Part shown: piece after piece, positions 1 to 11,100 of the stretch | Layout: each line of letters opens with the position of its first letter | How positions within the stretch are numbered: position 1 is the stretch's first letter | NCBI RefSeq assembly: GCF_046119375.1 | Contig: NW_027362767.1 | Coordinates: 257,300,001 to 257,364,000 of the forward strand | Reading direction: 5' to 3' | Length of the DNA stretch: 64,000 bases | Origin: Phyllobates terribilis | Lineage: Eukaryota | Program-made: the position numbers and the translations under genes | Notes under the pieces: generated by a model | The model's database searches: none | Told to the model about the DNA's origin: nothing | The model's input: the letters and a program-made list of their open reading frames with translations, nothing else

Positions 1-1266
1 GTGTATTGGCCCCTCTAACATCAATGACAGCTTGAAGTCTTTTGTGGTAGTTGTGGATGACGTTCTTTATTTTCTCGGATGGTAAAGCTGCCCATTCTTC
101 TTGGCAAAAAGCCTCCAGTTCCTGTAAATTCCTGGGCTGTCTAGCATAAACTGCGCGCTTGAGATCTCCCCAGAGTGGCTCAATGATATTGAGGTCAGGA
201 GACTGAGATGGCCACTCCAGAACCTTCACTTTGTTCTGCTGTAGCCAATGACAGGTCGACTTGGCCTTGTGTTTTGGATCCTTGTCATGTTGGAACGTCC
301 AAGTACGTCCCATGTGCAACTTCCGGGCTGATGAGTGCAAATTTACCTCCAGTATTTGCTGATAACTTTTATGGTTGTGGCCTAAAAGTTAAATTTTGGT
401 CTCATCACTCCAAATTACCTTGTTCCAGAAGTTTTGAGGCTTGTCTCTGTGCTGTTTGGCGTATTGTAGGCGAGATACTTTGTGGCATTTGCGCAGTAAT
501 TGCTTTCTTCTGGCGACTCGACCATGCAGCCCATTTTTCTTCAAGTGTCTCCTTATTGTGCATCTTGAAACAGTAACACCGCTAGTTTTCAGAGAGTCCT
601 GAATTTCACCTGATGTTATTTGTGGGTTTTTCTTTGCATCCCAAACAATTTTCCTGGCAGTTGTGGCCGAAATTTTTGTTGGTCTACCTGACTGTGGTTT
701 GGTTTTTACAGAGCCCCTGATTTTCCATTTGTTAATCACAGTTTGAACGCTACTGACTGGAATTATCAATTCCTTGGATCTTTTTTTGTATCCCTTTCCT
801 GTGTTATACAGTTCAACTACCTTTTCCCGTAGATCCGTTGACAATTCTTTTGCTTTCCCCATGACTCACATTCCAGAAACATCAGTGGCTGGATGAAAGA
901 TGCAAGAGTCTGTCTGGATCCCAGAAACTCACTCAGCTTTTATGCACATACACTGATTACAAGCAAACAGGTCACCGGTGAGGATGTTACCTTTAGTAGC
1001 CATTCAAACCCATTTGTGTCAAATTCTGTGCATGTTATCAGGCCAAAATCACCAGCATATGTGAACTTTTGATCAGGGTCATTTGGATGTTTTTGGTTGT
1101 CATTAAGATTTAAAAAGAAAAAACACAGTAGTTTGACAATAAATGGCTTCACCCAACCAATAACCATGAGTGAAGAAAAAGTTTTTTTGTTATCATTCAT
1201 ATTCTCTGAAACAAGGCCAAGAAAGGAAAAATTCTGCCGGGGTATGTAAACTTTTGAACACAACTG
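1..1266 (-). mobile_element. Tc1/mariner transposon, internally deleted, left end outside window
   Basis: ORF 389-862 is MGKAKELSTDL...WSDETKI (HTH plus first catalytic D), then a nonsense codon and a deletion. The C-terminal QHDKDPKH...SPDLNIIEPLW is readable at about 130-350. The TIR ends ...cacaactg|TA at 1266-1268. Confidence 0.92.
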
Positions 1267-1339
1267 TAAATTCAAGCTGTCCTGCAGGCTCAGGGTGCAT
1301 CAGTGTCAGAGCAAACTATACATTTGAATGAAATGAAAC

Positions 1340-2194
1340 GCCCCACTGCTGACACAGACATAAAAAAGATAGACTGCAATTTGACAAAATGTACGCGAGT
1401 AAGCCAAAATCCTTCTGGGAAAGCGTCTTGTGGACAGATGAGACCAAGATTGAGATTTTTGGTAAAGCGTATCCTTCTACTGTTTACTGAAACAGAGGCC
1501 TACAAATAAAAAAGGACACATACCTACCTACAGTCATATATGGTGGAGGTTCAAAGATGTTTTGCTGCCTCTGGCACTGGGTGCCTTTACTGTGTGCAAG
1601 GCATCATGAAATCTGAAAATCACCAAAGGATTTTGGGTTGCAATGTGGTGCCCAGTGTCAGGAAGCTGGGTTTGCGTCCTAGGTCATGGGTCTTCCAGCA
1701 GGACAATGACCCAAACATACTTCAAGAAGCCCCCAGAAATGGGTGGAAACAAAGCGCTGGAGAGTTCTGAAGTGGCAGCAATGAGTCCGGATCTGTGGAG
1801 AGATCTTACAATTACTGTTGGGAGGAGACGTCTTCATATATGAGAGACCTGGAGCAGTTTGCAAAAGAAGAGTCGTCAAAAATTCCAGCTGAGAAGTGTA
1901 AGAAGCTGCTGATGGTTATAGGAAGCGATTGATTACAGTTATTTATTCCAAAGGCTGTGCAACCAAATATTAAAGTTAAGGGCGGCAACAATTTTATCTG
2001 GCCCATTTTTGGGGTTTTGTTTGAAATTATCTCCAATTTGCCTTTTATTCCTCTGTTTTTCTGTGTTGTTCCAATACACACAAAAGAAATAAACATGTGT
2101 ATAACAAAACATGTGTAATTGTAATAATTTTCTGGGAGAAATGCTTCATTTTCTGATGCACTTTTGAGGGTGCCAACACTTTTGGCCATGACTG
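1340..2194 (+). mobile_element. Degenerate Tc1 fragment (3' half plus right TIR); same family as 22355-26202
   Basis: Frameshifted WTDETK, YGGG, FQQDNDP, SPDL and KEE..KIPAEKC motifs. The terminus is ttggccatgactg|TA. Confidence 0.85.
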
Positions 2195-2526
2195 TATATA
2201 TTAAAAAAGATGCCAGTCGCAACTAGGTGGCGCTCATTGCTATGGTGTTATACTACTATTGCAAACCTTTTGGGGGTGTATAATCCTGTGTGCAGTGAGC
2301 TCCCCCTAGTGGTGGCTGCATGTATAAACCCCTCAACATTGAAACAGCAACACCAAGGAAGAAAAGTTGTGGAGTGATGGAAATCACAGGATGGAGACGT
2401 GTTACTAATCTGAAAATTAGAAGTGGGAACTCCATACTGAATTGAGATGTTTGGAATATGTATACGCGCCACGTGCAGAAAAATCCTGGCACTTACAGCC
2501 TCGGCTGCCATCACTGAGGCTACTAA

Positions 2527-2951
2527 AGGGATTGTCCACTACTAGGACACCCTCTTCTCATTCCCCATGTTTGGCCCCATTAAAATAAAAACACCTATAC
2601 TCACCTTCGGCGCTGTTCCAGCGGTGTCGGCACTCACGTTCCCGGGACTCAGGTGAGGTTGATATGTTACGTGAGCCCTGCGCCCAATCAGCGTTGGTGT
2701 CACTGTCCGACCTTCGGACGTATTGAATATTAACAGGAAGCCGGAGCTGCAGCTGCTCTCCGAATTCCTCTTGATGTCTGATTTGACTGAAGGCGTGGAC
2801 AGTGACGCCAGCGCTGATTGGGCGCCGAGCTCGTGTGACGCAAGAACCGCACATGAGCCCCAGGACCGCGAGTGCCGACACGGGAGGAAAGTATAGGCAT
2901 TTTATTTTAACAGGGCCAAACATGAGGAATGAGACTACTTGGACAACCCCT
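2527..2951. mobile_element. T2/Kolobok-type MITE
   Basis: TIRs AGGGATTGTCCA...TGGACAACCCCT with ctaa/ttaa flanks; no coding capacity. Confidence 0.7.
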
Positions 2952-3134
2952 TTAATGGTTGTCTAAAGAGGTTCTGCCACTGAATGTACTCAAGCAAATC
3001 ATCAAGATCTGCTGTTGGCAGCTCCTGTGTAATCACTGGCCAATGAGGTCTTAGATGTGCTCTATGAGAGATAAGTCAGGAGATGCTGCAGCCATGGGAG
3101 CATGGTTAGGCCACGGACAGCATGCGACTATAAG

Positions 3135-3770
3135 TAGCGAGCTCCCCCTAGTGGTGGCTCTATAAATCAAGCCACACGCGGCGAGCTCCCCCTAGTGGGG
3201 GCTCTATAAATCAAGCCACACGCGGCGAGCTCCCCCTAGTGGGGGCTCTATAAATCCGTACGCGGCGAGCTCCCCCTAGTGGGGGCTCTATAAATCCGTA
3301 CGCGGCGAGCTCCCCCTAGTGGGGGCTCTATAAATCCGTACGCGGCGAGCTCCCCCTAGTGGTGGCTCTATAAATCCGTACGCGGCGAGCTCCCCCTAGT
3401 GGTGGCTCTATAAATCCGTACGCGGCGAGCTCCCCCTAGTGGTGGCTCTATAAATCCGTACGCGGCGAGCTCCCCCTAGTGGTGGCTCTATAAATCCGTA
3501 CGCGGCGAGCTCCCCCTAGTGGTGGCTCTATAAATCCGTACGCGGCGAGCTCCCCCTAGTGGTGGCTCTATAAATCCGTATGCGGCGAGCTCCCCCTAGT
3601 GGTGGCTCTATAAATCCGTACGTAGCAAGCTCCCCCTAGTGGTGGCTCTGTAAATCCGAATGTAGCAAGCTCCCCCTAGTGGTGGTTGTATAAATCCATA
3701 TGTAGTGCACTCTCCCTAGTGGTGGCTGCATAAATCTGTATATACTAAGCTCCCCCCGGGTGGCTGCAGG
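3135..3770. repeat. 40-bp minisatellite, about 15 copies, in NDUFB11 intron 1
   Basis: The unit gcggcgagctccccctagtggtggctctataaatccgtac repeats every 40 bp (3301, 3341, ...). Confidence 0.97.
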
Positions 3771-4643
3771 AAAACAGTATTTTATCATTTTAGTTCCAGG
3801 TCATGCATCTAGGATCTGCTTGCATGGCCTATATTACACTTTGGAAATTAGGATTTCATTAATTTTGCCCTAGTGGGCCAGGTGACTTATGAATTGGATA
3901 TGATCACTTTACGCTTCACTAGTGCAGAGAGGGATTCAAGAGTTTATTATAAAGATCCCGACACTATGGAAAAGTCCTGAAAACCCCTTCAATAGGGAAA
4001 GCTATGAATGTAAAGTAATACTCTCAGCTAATTGGTTAAGAAGGATCACATGACAATATGCAGCACAAAATGTGGTCACATGATTCATGTGTGGCCAATC
4101 ATCTGAAGGATCTATGGCAGGCTTCATTATTGGCCACATATATGGTTTCTTAGGGCATGTAGCAGTGGCCACTTTTTAACCCCTTAAAATGATTGTCCAC
4201 TACTGGACCTCCTTTATTAATGGGGACATTTTTGTACTTGCTGTGGAGATTAATCAGGTGTAGGTTTTTTTCTCCGATTGAAGAGTATTTAAAAAAAAAC
4301 TAATATATATATATAATTTTTTTTTATTTTTCAATAAACGTCGATATTTTGTGTCACTGGGATGTGAACAGCCGATCGGTCACATCAATGATCCTGTAAT
4401 ACACCTGTCGGGGTTATAGTCACAGGGGCCCTGACACTGAGGGGCGATGATGGAGCCTCACTCCCAGCCTCCCCATACCCGGCCTCATGGACAATACCAG
4501 ACACAGGCACAAGGAGGCGCTTTTCCTGCAGCCAATCAGATCTCAGCTTCTATTTCCCAGGGCGGGTTACATAGGTGAAAGCTGGAGTCTGATTGGTCAC
4601 CATGACTCCCTATAACCACCAGTAGGGGGCGCCGTGACGTTAC

Positions 4644-4829
4644 CTTGTCGTACATATTGATCTCGCCATGGTCGTCGTGCTCGTGTTTGGACGGGCTGCC
4701 ATGACTGACAGTGACCGGGGTTGTGGCCTCAGGCCGAGGAGCCGTATGAAGCTTGTATACCGGGGCCGTCCTCAGGAGCCGCGCAGCCCCGGACAACCTC
4801 AGCGCCCGCAGACACAAGGGCATCGCCAT
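4644..4829 (-). CDS. NDUFB11: NADH:ubiquinone oxidoreductase subunit B11, coding exon 1 (62 codons); remaining exons lie left of the window
   Basis: Arg/Leu/Ala-rich mitochondrial-presequence-like N-terminus followed by ...HDDHGEINMYDK and a phase-0 donor AAG|GTAACG at 4643. This matches the recalled NDUFB11 exon-1 end (human ENLYEK|NPD). The region is CpG-rich and in an Xp11-type gene neighbourhood. Confidence 0.78.
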
Positions 4830-5115
4830 GTTTGTTCTGCCCCGAGAAGAGACTCTGAAAACACCGGAAGAGGCGGGCTCCTGTCATAATCCACCTATCA
4901 GCGCTAGGGAACCGATAACCACTGGCAAATATTAACCAATAAAAAGCTTTAAATGAGTCGCTGAAAGGGGCGGGACTTGACCAATCCATGACCATAGTGA
5001 CAGACTAGCCAATCAGATGCGTAACTATAGGCGCCATCTTTACTTCGGGCAACCGTCCTTATAAAAGGCGAATGACCGCATAGGTAACTATGGAAACGTT
5101 GCCGGGCAGGTGAAG
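4830..5115. promoter_or_regulatory. Bidirectional CpG promoter shared by NDUFB11 and LZTFL1
   Basis: 286 nt separate the divergent ATGs. CCAAT at 4936, 4981 and 5009; GC box at 4967-4975; YY1-like GCCATCTT at 5033-5040; TATAAAAG at 5060-5067; X-box GTAACTATGGAAAC at 5084-5097. Confidence 0.75.
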
Positions 5116-6012
5116 ATGGCGGAGCTGGGTGAGCACCACCGCGGAGAGGTTCTTAGCTACATGCGGTTCGCTCAGTGTAAGCGGCTGCTCCGGCTGAAGA
5201 GTGTGGCGTCCTGCTTCCTGGACGTGCGGGAGAGCCGGCTGGTGGAGGACACGTACACGGCGGAGGAGGTGTCTGAGCTACTGAGCGGCCTGCAGGCGGT
5301 GGTGCTGAGCGAGCTGGAGCTGGAGCTCATCAACTCTGCGCACACCAATGTGCTGCTGCTGCAGCAGCTCTTCTCCCAGGCCCAGCACTGGCACCTGCGG
5401 CTGCACACCGACATCTCCGAGCTGGAGAACCGCCAGCTGCTGGAGCAGGTGGCCGAGCTGGAGAAGAGCCAGGAGCTGGGGCCCTCAGCCAAGGGCCCCC
5501 AGAGCAGCAAGCCCAGACTGGCCCCGCTGAGTGATGGCGGCGGCTCCGCAGACCTTCTCCACAGTCAGATCGGCCGCCTCCAGGAAGAGAACGACAAGCT
5601 CCGCGCCCGGCTCCGCACCCTGGAGAGCCAGGCCACCACCGCCCTGGACCACAAGCGCAGCGCCGAGCAGGCCCTCCAAGACCTGCAGGTCCAGGCCCAG
5701 CACAACTCCCAGGACACCCGCCACCTGGAGGACACTCGCCACCTGGAGGACACCATGGCCAACCTCAAGCTGGAGTTCCAGAAGACCCTGGTGAACCACA
5801 CGGCCAGCCAGAGAGACCTGGAGGAGAACCTGACCAAGACCAAGCACGAGCTGCTGCGGGTCAATGAGCAGCTGCTAATGGCAGAGAAGGAGCTGGACAA
5901 GAAATTCCAGGAAACCGGGGCCTACCGCAACATGAAGGACATCCTGACCCGCAAGAACGAGCAGATCAAGGAGCTGCGCCGGAGGTTGTGCAAGTACGAG
6001 CCCGAAGACTGA
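5116..6012 (+). CDS. LZTFL1: Leucine zipper transcription factor-like 1 (BBS17), single-exon intact ORF of 298 aa
   Basis: MAELGEHHRGEVLSYMRFAQ...AYRNMKDILTRKNEQIKELRRRLCKYEPED* is colinear end to end with recalled human LZTFL1 (299 aa, MAELGLNEHHQNEVINYMRFA...YEPED). The true ATG is 5116 (AAGATGG context); the ORF track started at the upstream GTG. There are no introns, stops or frameshifts. Confidence 0.95.
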   Translation: MAELGEHHRGEVLSYMRFAQCKRLLRLKSVASCFLDVRESRLVEDTYTAEEVSELLSGLQAVVLSELELELINSAHTNVLLLQQLFSQAQHWHLRLHTDISELENRQLLEQVAELEKSQELGPSAKGPQSSKPRLAPLSDGGGSADLLHSQIGRLQEENDKLRARLRTLESQATTALDHKRSAEQALQDLQVQAQHNSQDTRHLEDTRHLEDTMANLKLEFQKTLVNHTASQRDLEENLTKTKHELLRVNEQLLMAEKELDKKFQETGAYRNMKDILTRKNEQIKELRRRLCKYEPED

Positions 6013-7010
6013 GCCGGGCCCCTGACCAAAGATTTGGACCAATGGCCCCGATTGTTCTTGTGCGGGTCATCACAGTAAATGACAATAGTCTAGAAATTAT
6101 CCTGTAGCTGGACTGTTCCATGTAGAGACTTCACACGGCCGATCTCAAGCTGACTGAGTTCTCCAACCTTTCCTGATGGCTGTCCGGGCATGATGGGAAT
6201 TGTAGACCACATGGCCACCCTCAACCTGACTATGACCAGACAAGAATTCTTCTACCATGGCTGAAAAGTTGTTGGGCAAGACTGAGACTAGGGCATGGAA
6301 AGAACCAGCCCCAGACACTGCTGCCTCCCCTGTTGGTGCACATAAAGCCACAGGTTACAGGATAACTTGCCAATTCCTGGTGGTCCGTCCGCTGGGACTT
6401 TCACTCATCCCGAAAATAGGGATTCATTGTCTATGGCCCGTCGGAGATGGGGAAGCACAGCATGGCCATATCTGGTACCATAGACAATGAATGGAGTGGA
6501 GGTGTGCATATTCTACCACCATTTCTGGGATCGTTGGGGGTCTCAGTGGTTGGACTTTCACCAGTGAGTAAGTTATCTTCTACCGTATAGATGGGGACTA
6601 ACATTTGGTCTTAGGGAAATCTTTAAGGGTGCCACCTTTTAATAGCTGTCATCAGCGCACTAGTTTCCCCTACCGCTATTCTACATGCTCCATGCACACG
6701 TACACTCAGCTAGGCCAGATGTGCATGTATTCTCAGCGGGGAGGAAGCTGCTGGTGGAAGTGGGGGGGAAATACTGGGCTTTAAAATTCAACTTGTGTTT
6801 TCCCTATGTCCTCAGACATTTATGTGAGGTGCAAGTCAGGACATCCCGGTGATCAGCAGGTTCAGCAGCTTGATATGGGACAAGATCACATGTTGGTGGA
6901 TTCTGCAGGTTTCGCCTCTTGTTAGTAAGGATTTAACCCTTTGTACATTGCATCATCCACTTGTAGACTCACCTTGACATTCAGAGCAGAGATTTATGGT
7001 GAGCTCCTAA

Positions 7011-7339
7011 GGGTATGTGCACATGGCATCTTAGAGCGAGCACGCCGGCGTCTTTTTACAAGCAGAAGGTGCTTCAGGAGACCGCTGGCCGTGTTTTTCC
7101 TGAAGTGTCTTTACTGGCGTCTGTCTTTTATTTTTTTTTTAATTCCTTATATAACCTAGCGGAAGCCACTAGAATAAAGGACCGATCGCTTCTTTTAGTC
7201 ACCACACTGCTTTCGAAGCCTGAGGTTGTTAAGAGAAGTGACAAAAGAGGAAACATCGTTTTGACTTTCTATGCACGTTCATTATTTTTAGCGCTTTAAG
7301 GTGGAATCCGTCTGAAAAAGACGATGTGTGCACATATCC
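7011..7339. mobile_element. Harbinger/PIF-type MITE
   Basis: TIRs GGGTATGTGCACA...TGTGCACATATCC with TAA/TGA flanks. Confidence 0.65.
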
Positions 7340-8195
7340 TGAATCTGTGCTGTCTGGCTCATCCTACAACTCATGGGGGTCTGACCCCTCTGTACTAAGG
7401 GTCTTATTTTACTATCTTGTGTATTGCATTTATGGAACCTGTCTATAACGGATCCTCACCCACCAATGTCCATTCCTCATGGGTCAGTATAATGGCAGAG
7501 CTGGGATCAGCGGCGGTGGCTGAAGTGGAGTATACGCCAATCACACCTTTCTTTGCCATGTTTGGCTCCATATATTGTGTTCCTACCTGTCATGACTTTA
7601 AAGGCCTTTTTTTTTTTTTGAAGCGCCCATGTAGCCCTGACCTTCAGTGGTGGTCCTTCCCCATCTAATCTTCAGGCCATCCTCCATCTGCTGATACATG
7701 GATTTGTGACTTATGATTTTTCTGTTTCTGCATTACTCATTTCATTAAACCGTTTTTTTTTTTTCTGATGCTTAATATGTGGTTTGTGTTTATTTTTTAT
7801 TTATTTTTTTATCTACGAGATTCCGCCCCCCTCCAAGAAGAAAAGCATCAAGGTCTTATTTCCATGACCCCGAAGAAAGCCATCTCAGTAGTAAAATACG
7901 CTAATCAGTAGATGCATTATTTTCCCCCAATATCGTTATGTAACACCATAGTCTGCAGGACCTAGAGTGGTGGTCTCCCATGTGAGCTTCAATACAGCAG
8001 CGAGACCCTACACCTGGCACACTGAGGTGGAGAGAAGCAATGTGACGCTGATGCAGATCACCCATCTTGTCGGCAGCGTTAATCATTCTCGGGAGCTCAC
8101 ATTTTTTTAAACATTTTATTTCACACAAACATCACACTGAGCAGGGAAAACTGTACAAAGCTGAAATACATGGGTTCTCCAGGAGAAATGGATCC

Positions 8196-11100
8196 TTATT
8201 CCAGGGGTTTAGCGCGAGAGGCTTCGGCGTTAGCCCTTAACACGGCCCCCGGACTGGGATATGGCCTCTGCTGAAACAAGGGTCCTGCAGCTGTGGTGTC
8301 TGCTCCAGTTTTGGCCTCGTTTCTTTTGGGAAGTCCAGTAGACCAAGTGCCTCTAGAAACAGCAATGCAAACAGTGGGATTACAATCCTATTAGAATGGT
8401 TTCCTTTCCAAGTTGTAGTTATCTGGTAAGAAGTCTAAGTACACCCAACTCCACCAGCAGAATAGTGAGTGCAGCTCTGGAGTATAATACAGGATGTAAC
8501 TCAGGATCAGTACAGGATAAGTAATGTATGTACACAATGACTGCACCAGCAGAATAGTGAATGCAGCTCTGGAGTATAATACAGGATGTAACTCAGGATC
8601 AGTACAGGATAAGTAATGTAATGTATGTACACAGAGACTGTACCAGCAGAATAGTGAGCGCAGCTCTGGGGTAGAATACAGGATGTAACTCAGGATCAGT
8701 ACAGAATAAGTAATGTATGTACACAATGACTCCACCAGCAGAATATTGAGTGCAGCTCTGGGGTATAATACAGGATGTAACTCAGGATCAGTACAGGATA
8801 AGTAATGTAATGTATGTACACAGTGACTCCACCAGCAGAATAGTGAGTGCAGCTCTGGAGTATAATATATGATGTAACTCAGGATCAGTACAGGATAAGT
8901 AATGTAATGTATGTACACAGTGAATCCACCAGCAGAATAGTGAGTGCAGCTCTGGAGTATAATATAGGATGTAACTCAGGATCACTACAGGATCAGTAAT
9001 GTAATGTATGTACACAGTGACTGCACCAGCAGAATAGTGAGTGCAGCTCTGGGGTATAATACAGGATGTAACTCAGGATCAGTACAGGATAAGTAATGTA
9101 ATGTATGCACACAGTGACTGCACCCGCAGAATAGTGAGTGCAGCTCTGGAGTATAATACAGGATGTAACTCAGGATCAGTACAGCATAAGTAATGTAATG
9201 TATGTACACAGTGACTACACCAGCAGAATAGTGAGCGCAGCTCTGGAGTATTAGGCTGCGTGCCCACTTTGCGTTTTTCAAGCGTTTTTGCCCCATGGTC
9301 CCCAGTGATAATCCGCATGTGCTGTGCACATGCTGCGGATTATCATTGCGGAAGAATACGCAGCATGTCAATTAATTTTGCGGACACGCAGCGTAATTGC
9401 CGCCATTGACTTGCATTGGACCGCGTGACATCAGCATCACTGCATCTGCACAAGTGGATATCACACGGTTCAATGTGCGGATGGTACCCGGGTTTGGAGA
9501 AGATGAGACTCTCCTCTGGACCCGGGTACCATAGAAACTGTAAAAAAAAAAGAAGAATTTAAAATAAAAAATAAAGATTATACTTACCTTCCGATGTCCT
9601 CCCGGTGTTTTCTCCAATCCGTCTGGTCTGCTGTATGGGTCGCGTTGTTGTGAAGGACCTGCCATGACGTCATTGAGTCATGTGACCTGTCACACAACTC
9701 AATGACGTCACCGCAGGTCCTTCACACCACCACAAGCCGCCCAAAACACCGGGAGGACATCGGAAGGTAAGTATAATCTTTATTTTTTACCATTCTTATT
9801 CTTTTTTTTTTTTTTTTTTTTTTTAACTAACTTGGTCACACTACTATAAATTCATGCCGGTTGCATGGATTTATATAGTGTGACCAAGTTATCAAGCACT
9901 TTTGGGGACAACCCGCATGCAGAAATGCATGCAAAAACGCATGACAAACGCTTCTACCTGGCGGGAAAAACGCATGTAAAAACCGCATGCGTTTTTCCTG
10001 CCAGGGAGAAGCGGAAAAAATATGCAGCATTTCTGCATCGTGGGCACATAACCTAATACAGGATGTAACTCAGGATCAGTACAGGATAAGTAATGTAATG
10101 TATGTACACAGTGACTGCACCAGCAGAATAGTGAGTGCAGCTCTGGAGTATAATACAGGATGTAACTCAGGATCAGTAATGTAATGTATGTGCACAGTGA
10201 AGGCACCAGCAGAATAGTGAGTGCAGCTCTGGAGTATAATACAGGATGTAACTCAGGATCAGTAATGTACAGTCATGGCCAAAAGTATTGAGAATGAGAC
10301 AAATAGTAATTTTTCCAAAGTTTACTGCTTCATTTTTTGTAATGGCAATTTGCATATACACCTGAATGTCAAAGAGTGATCAGCTTAACAGCAATTACTG
10401 TACTTGCAAAGTCAATATTTGCCCAGAAAATGAACTTTAACCCCCAAAACACATTTCAACATCATTGCAGTCCTGCCTTAAAAGGAGCAGCTAACATCGT
10501 TTTAGTGATTGATCCATTAACACAGGTGTGGGTGTTGATGAGGACAGGGCTGGCGATCAATCAGTCATGATTAAGTAAGAATGACATCACTGGACACTTT
10601 AAAAGGAGGCTGGTTCTTGGTATCATTGTTTCTCTTCAGTTAACCATGGTTATCTCTAAAGAAACACATGCAGCCATCATTGCACTGCACAAAACTGGCC
10701 TAACAGGGAAGAGTATCGCAGCTACAAAGATTGCACCTCAGTCAACAATCTATCGCATCATCAAGAACTTCAAGGAGAGAGCTTCCATTGTTGTCAAAAA
10801 GGCTCCAGGGCGCCCAAGAAAGACCAGCATGCGCCAGGACCGTATCTTAAAACTGTTTCAGCTGCGGGATCGGACTACCAGCAGTGCCGAGCTTGCTCAG
10901 GAATGGCAGCAGGCTGGTGTGAGTGCTTCTGCACGCACTGTGAGGCGGAGACTCTTTGAGCAAGGGCTGGTTTCAAGGAGGGCAGCAAAGAAGCCACTTC
11001 TCTCCAGAAAAAACATCAGGGACCAACTGATATTCTGCAAAAGGTACAGAGAGTGGACTGCTGAGGACTGGGGCAAAGTCATTTTCTCTGATGAATCCCC

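Noticed and set aside
5110-6012. LZTFL1 as contamination or a decayed processed pseudogene
   Set aside because: It is contiguous with host promoter and host repeats, and the frame is intact despite substantial divergence.
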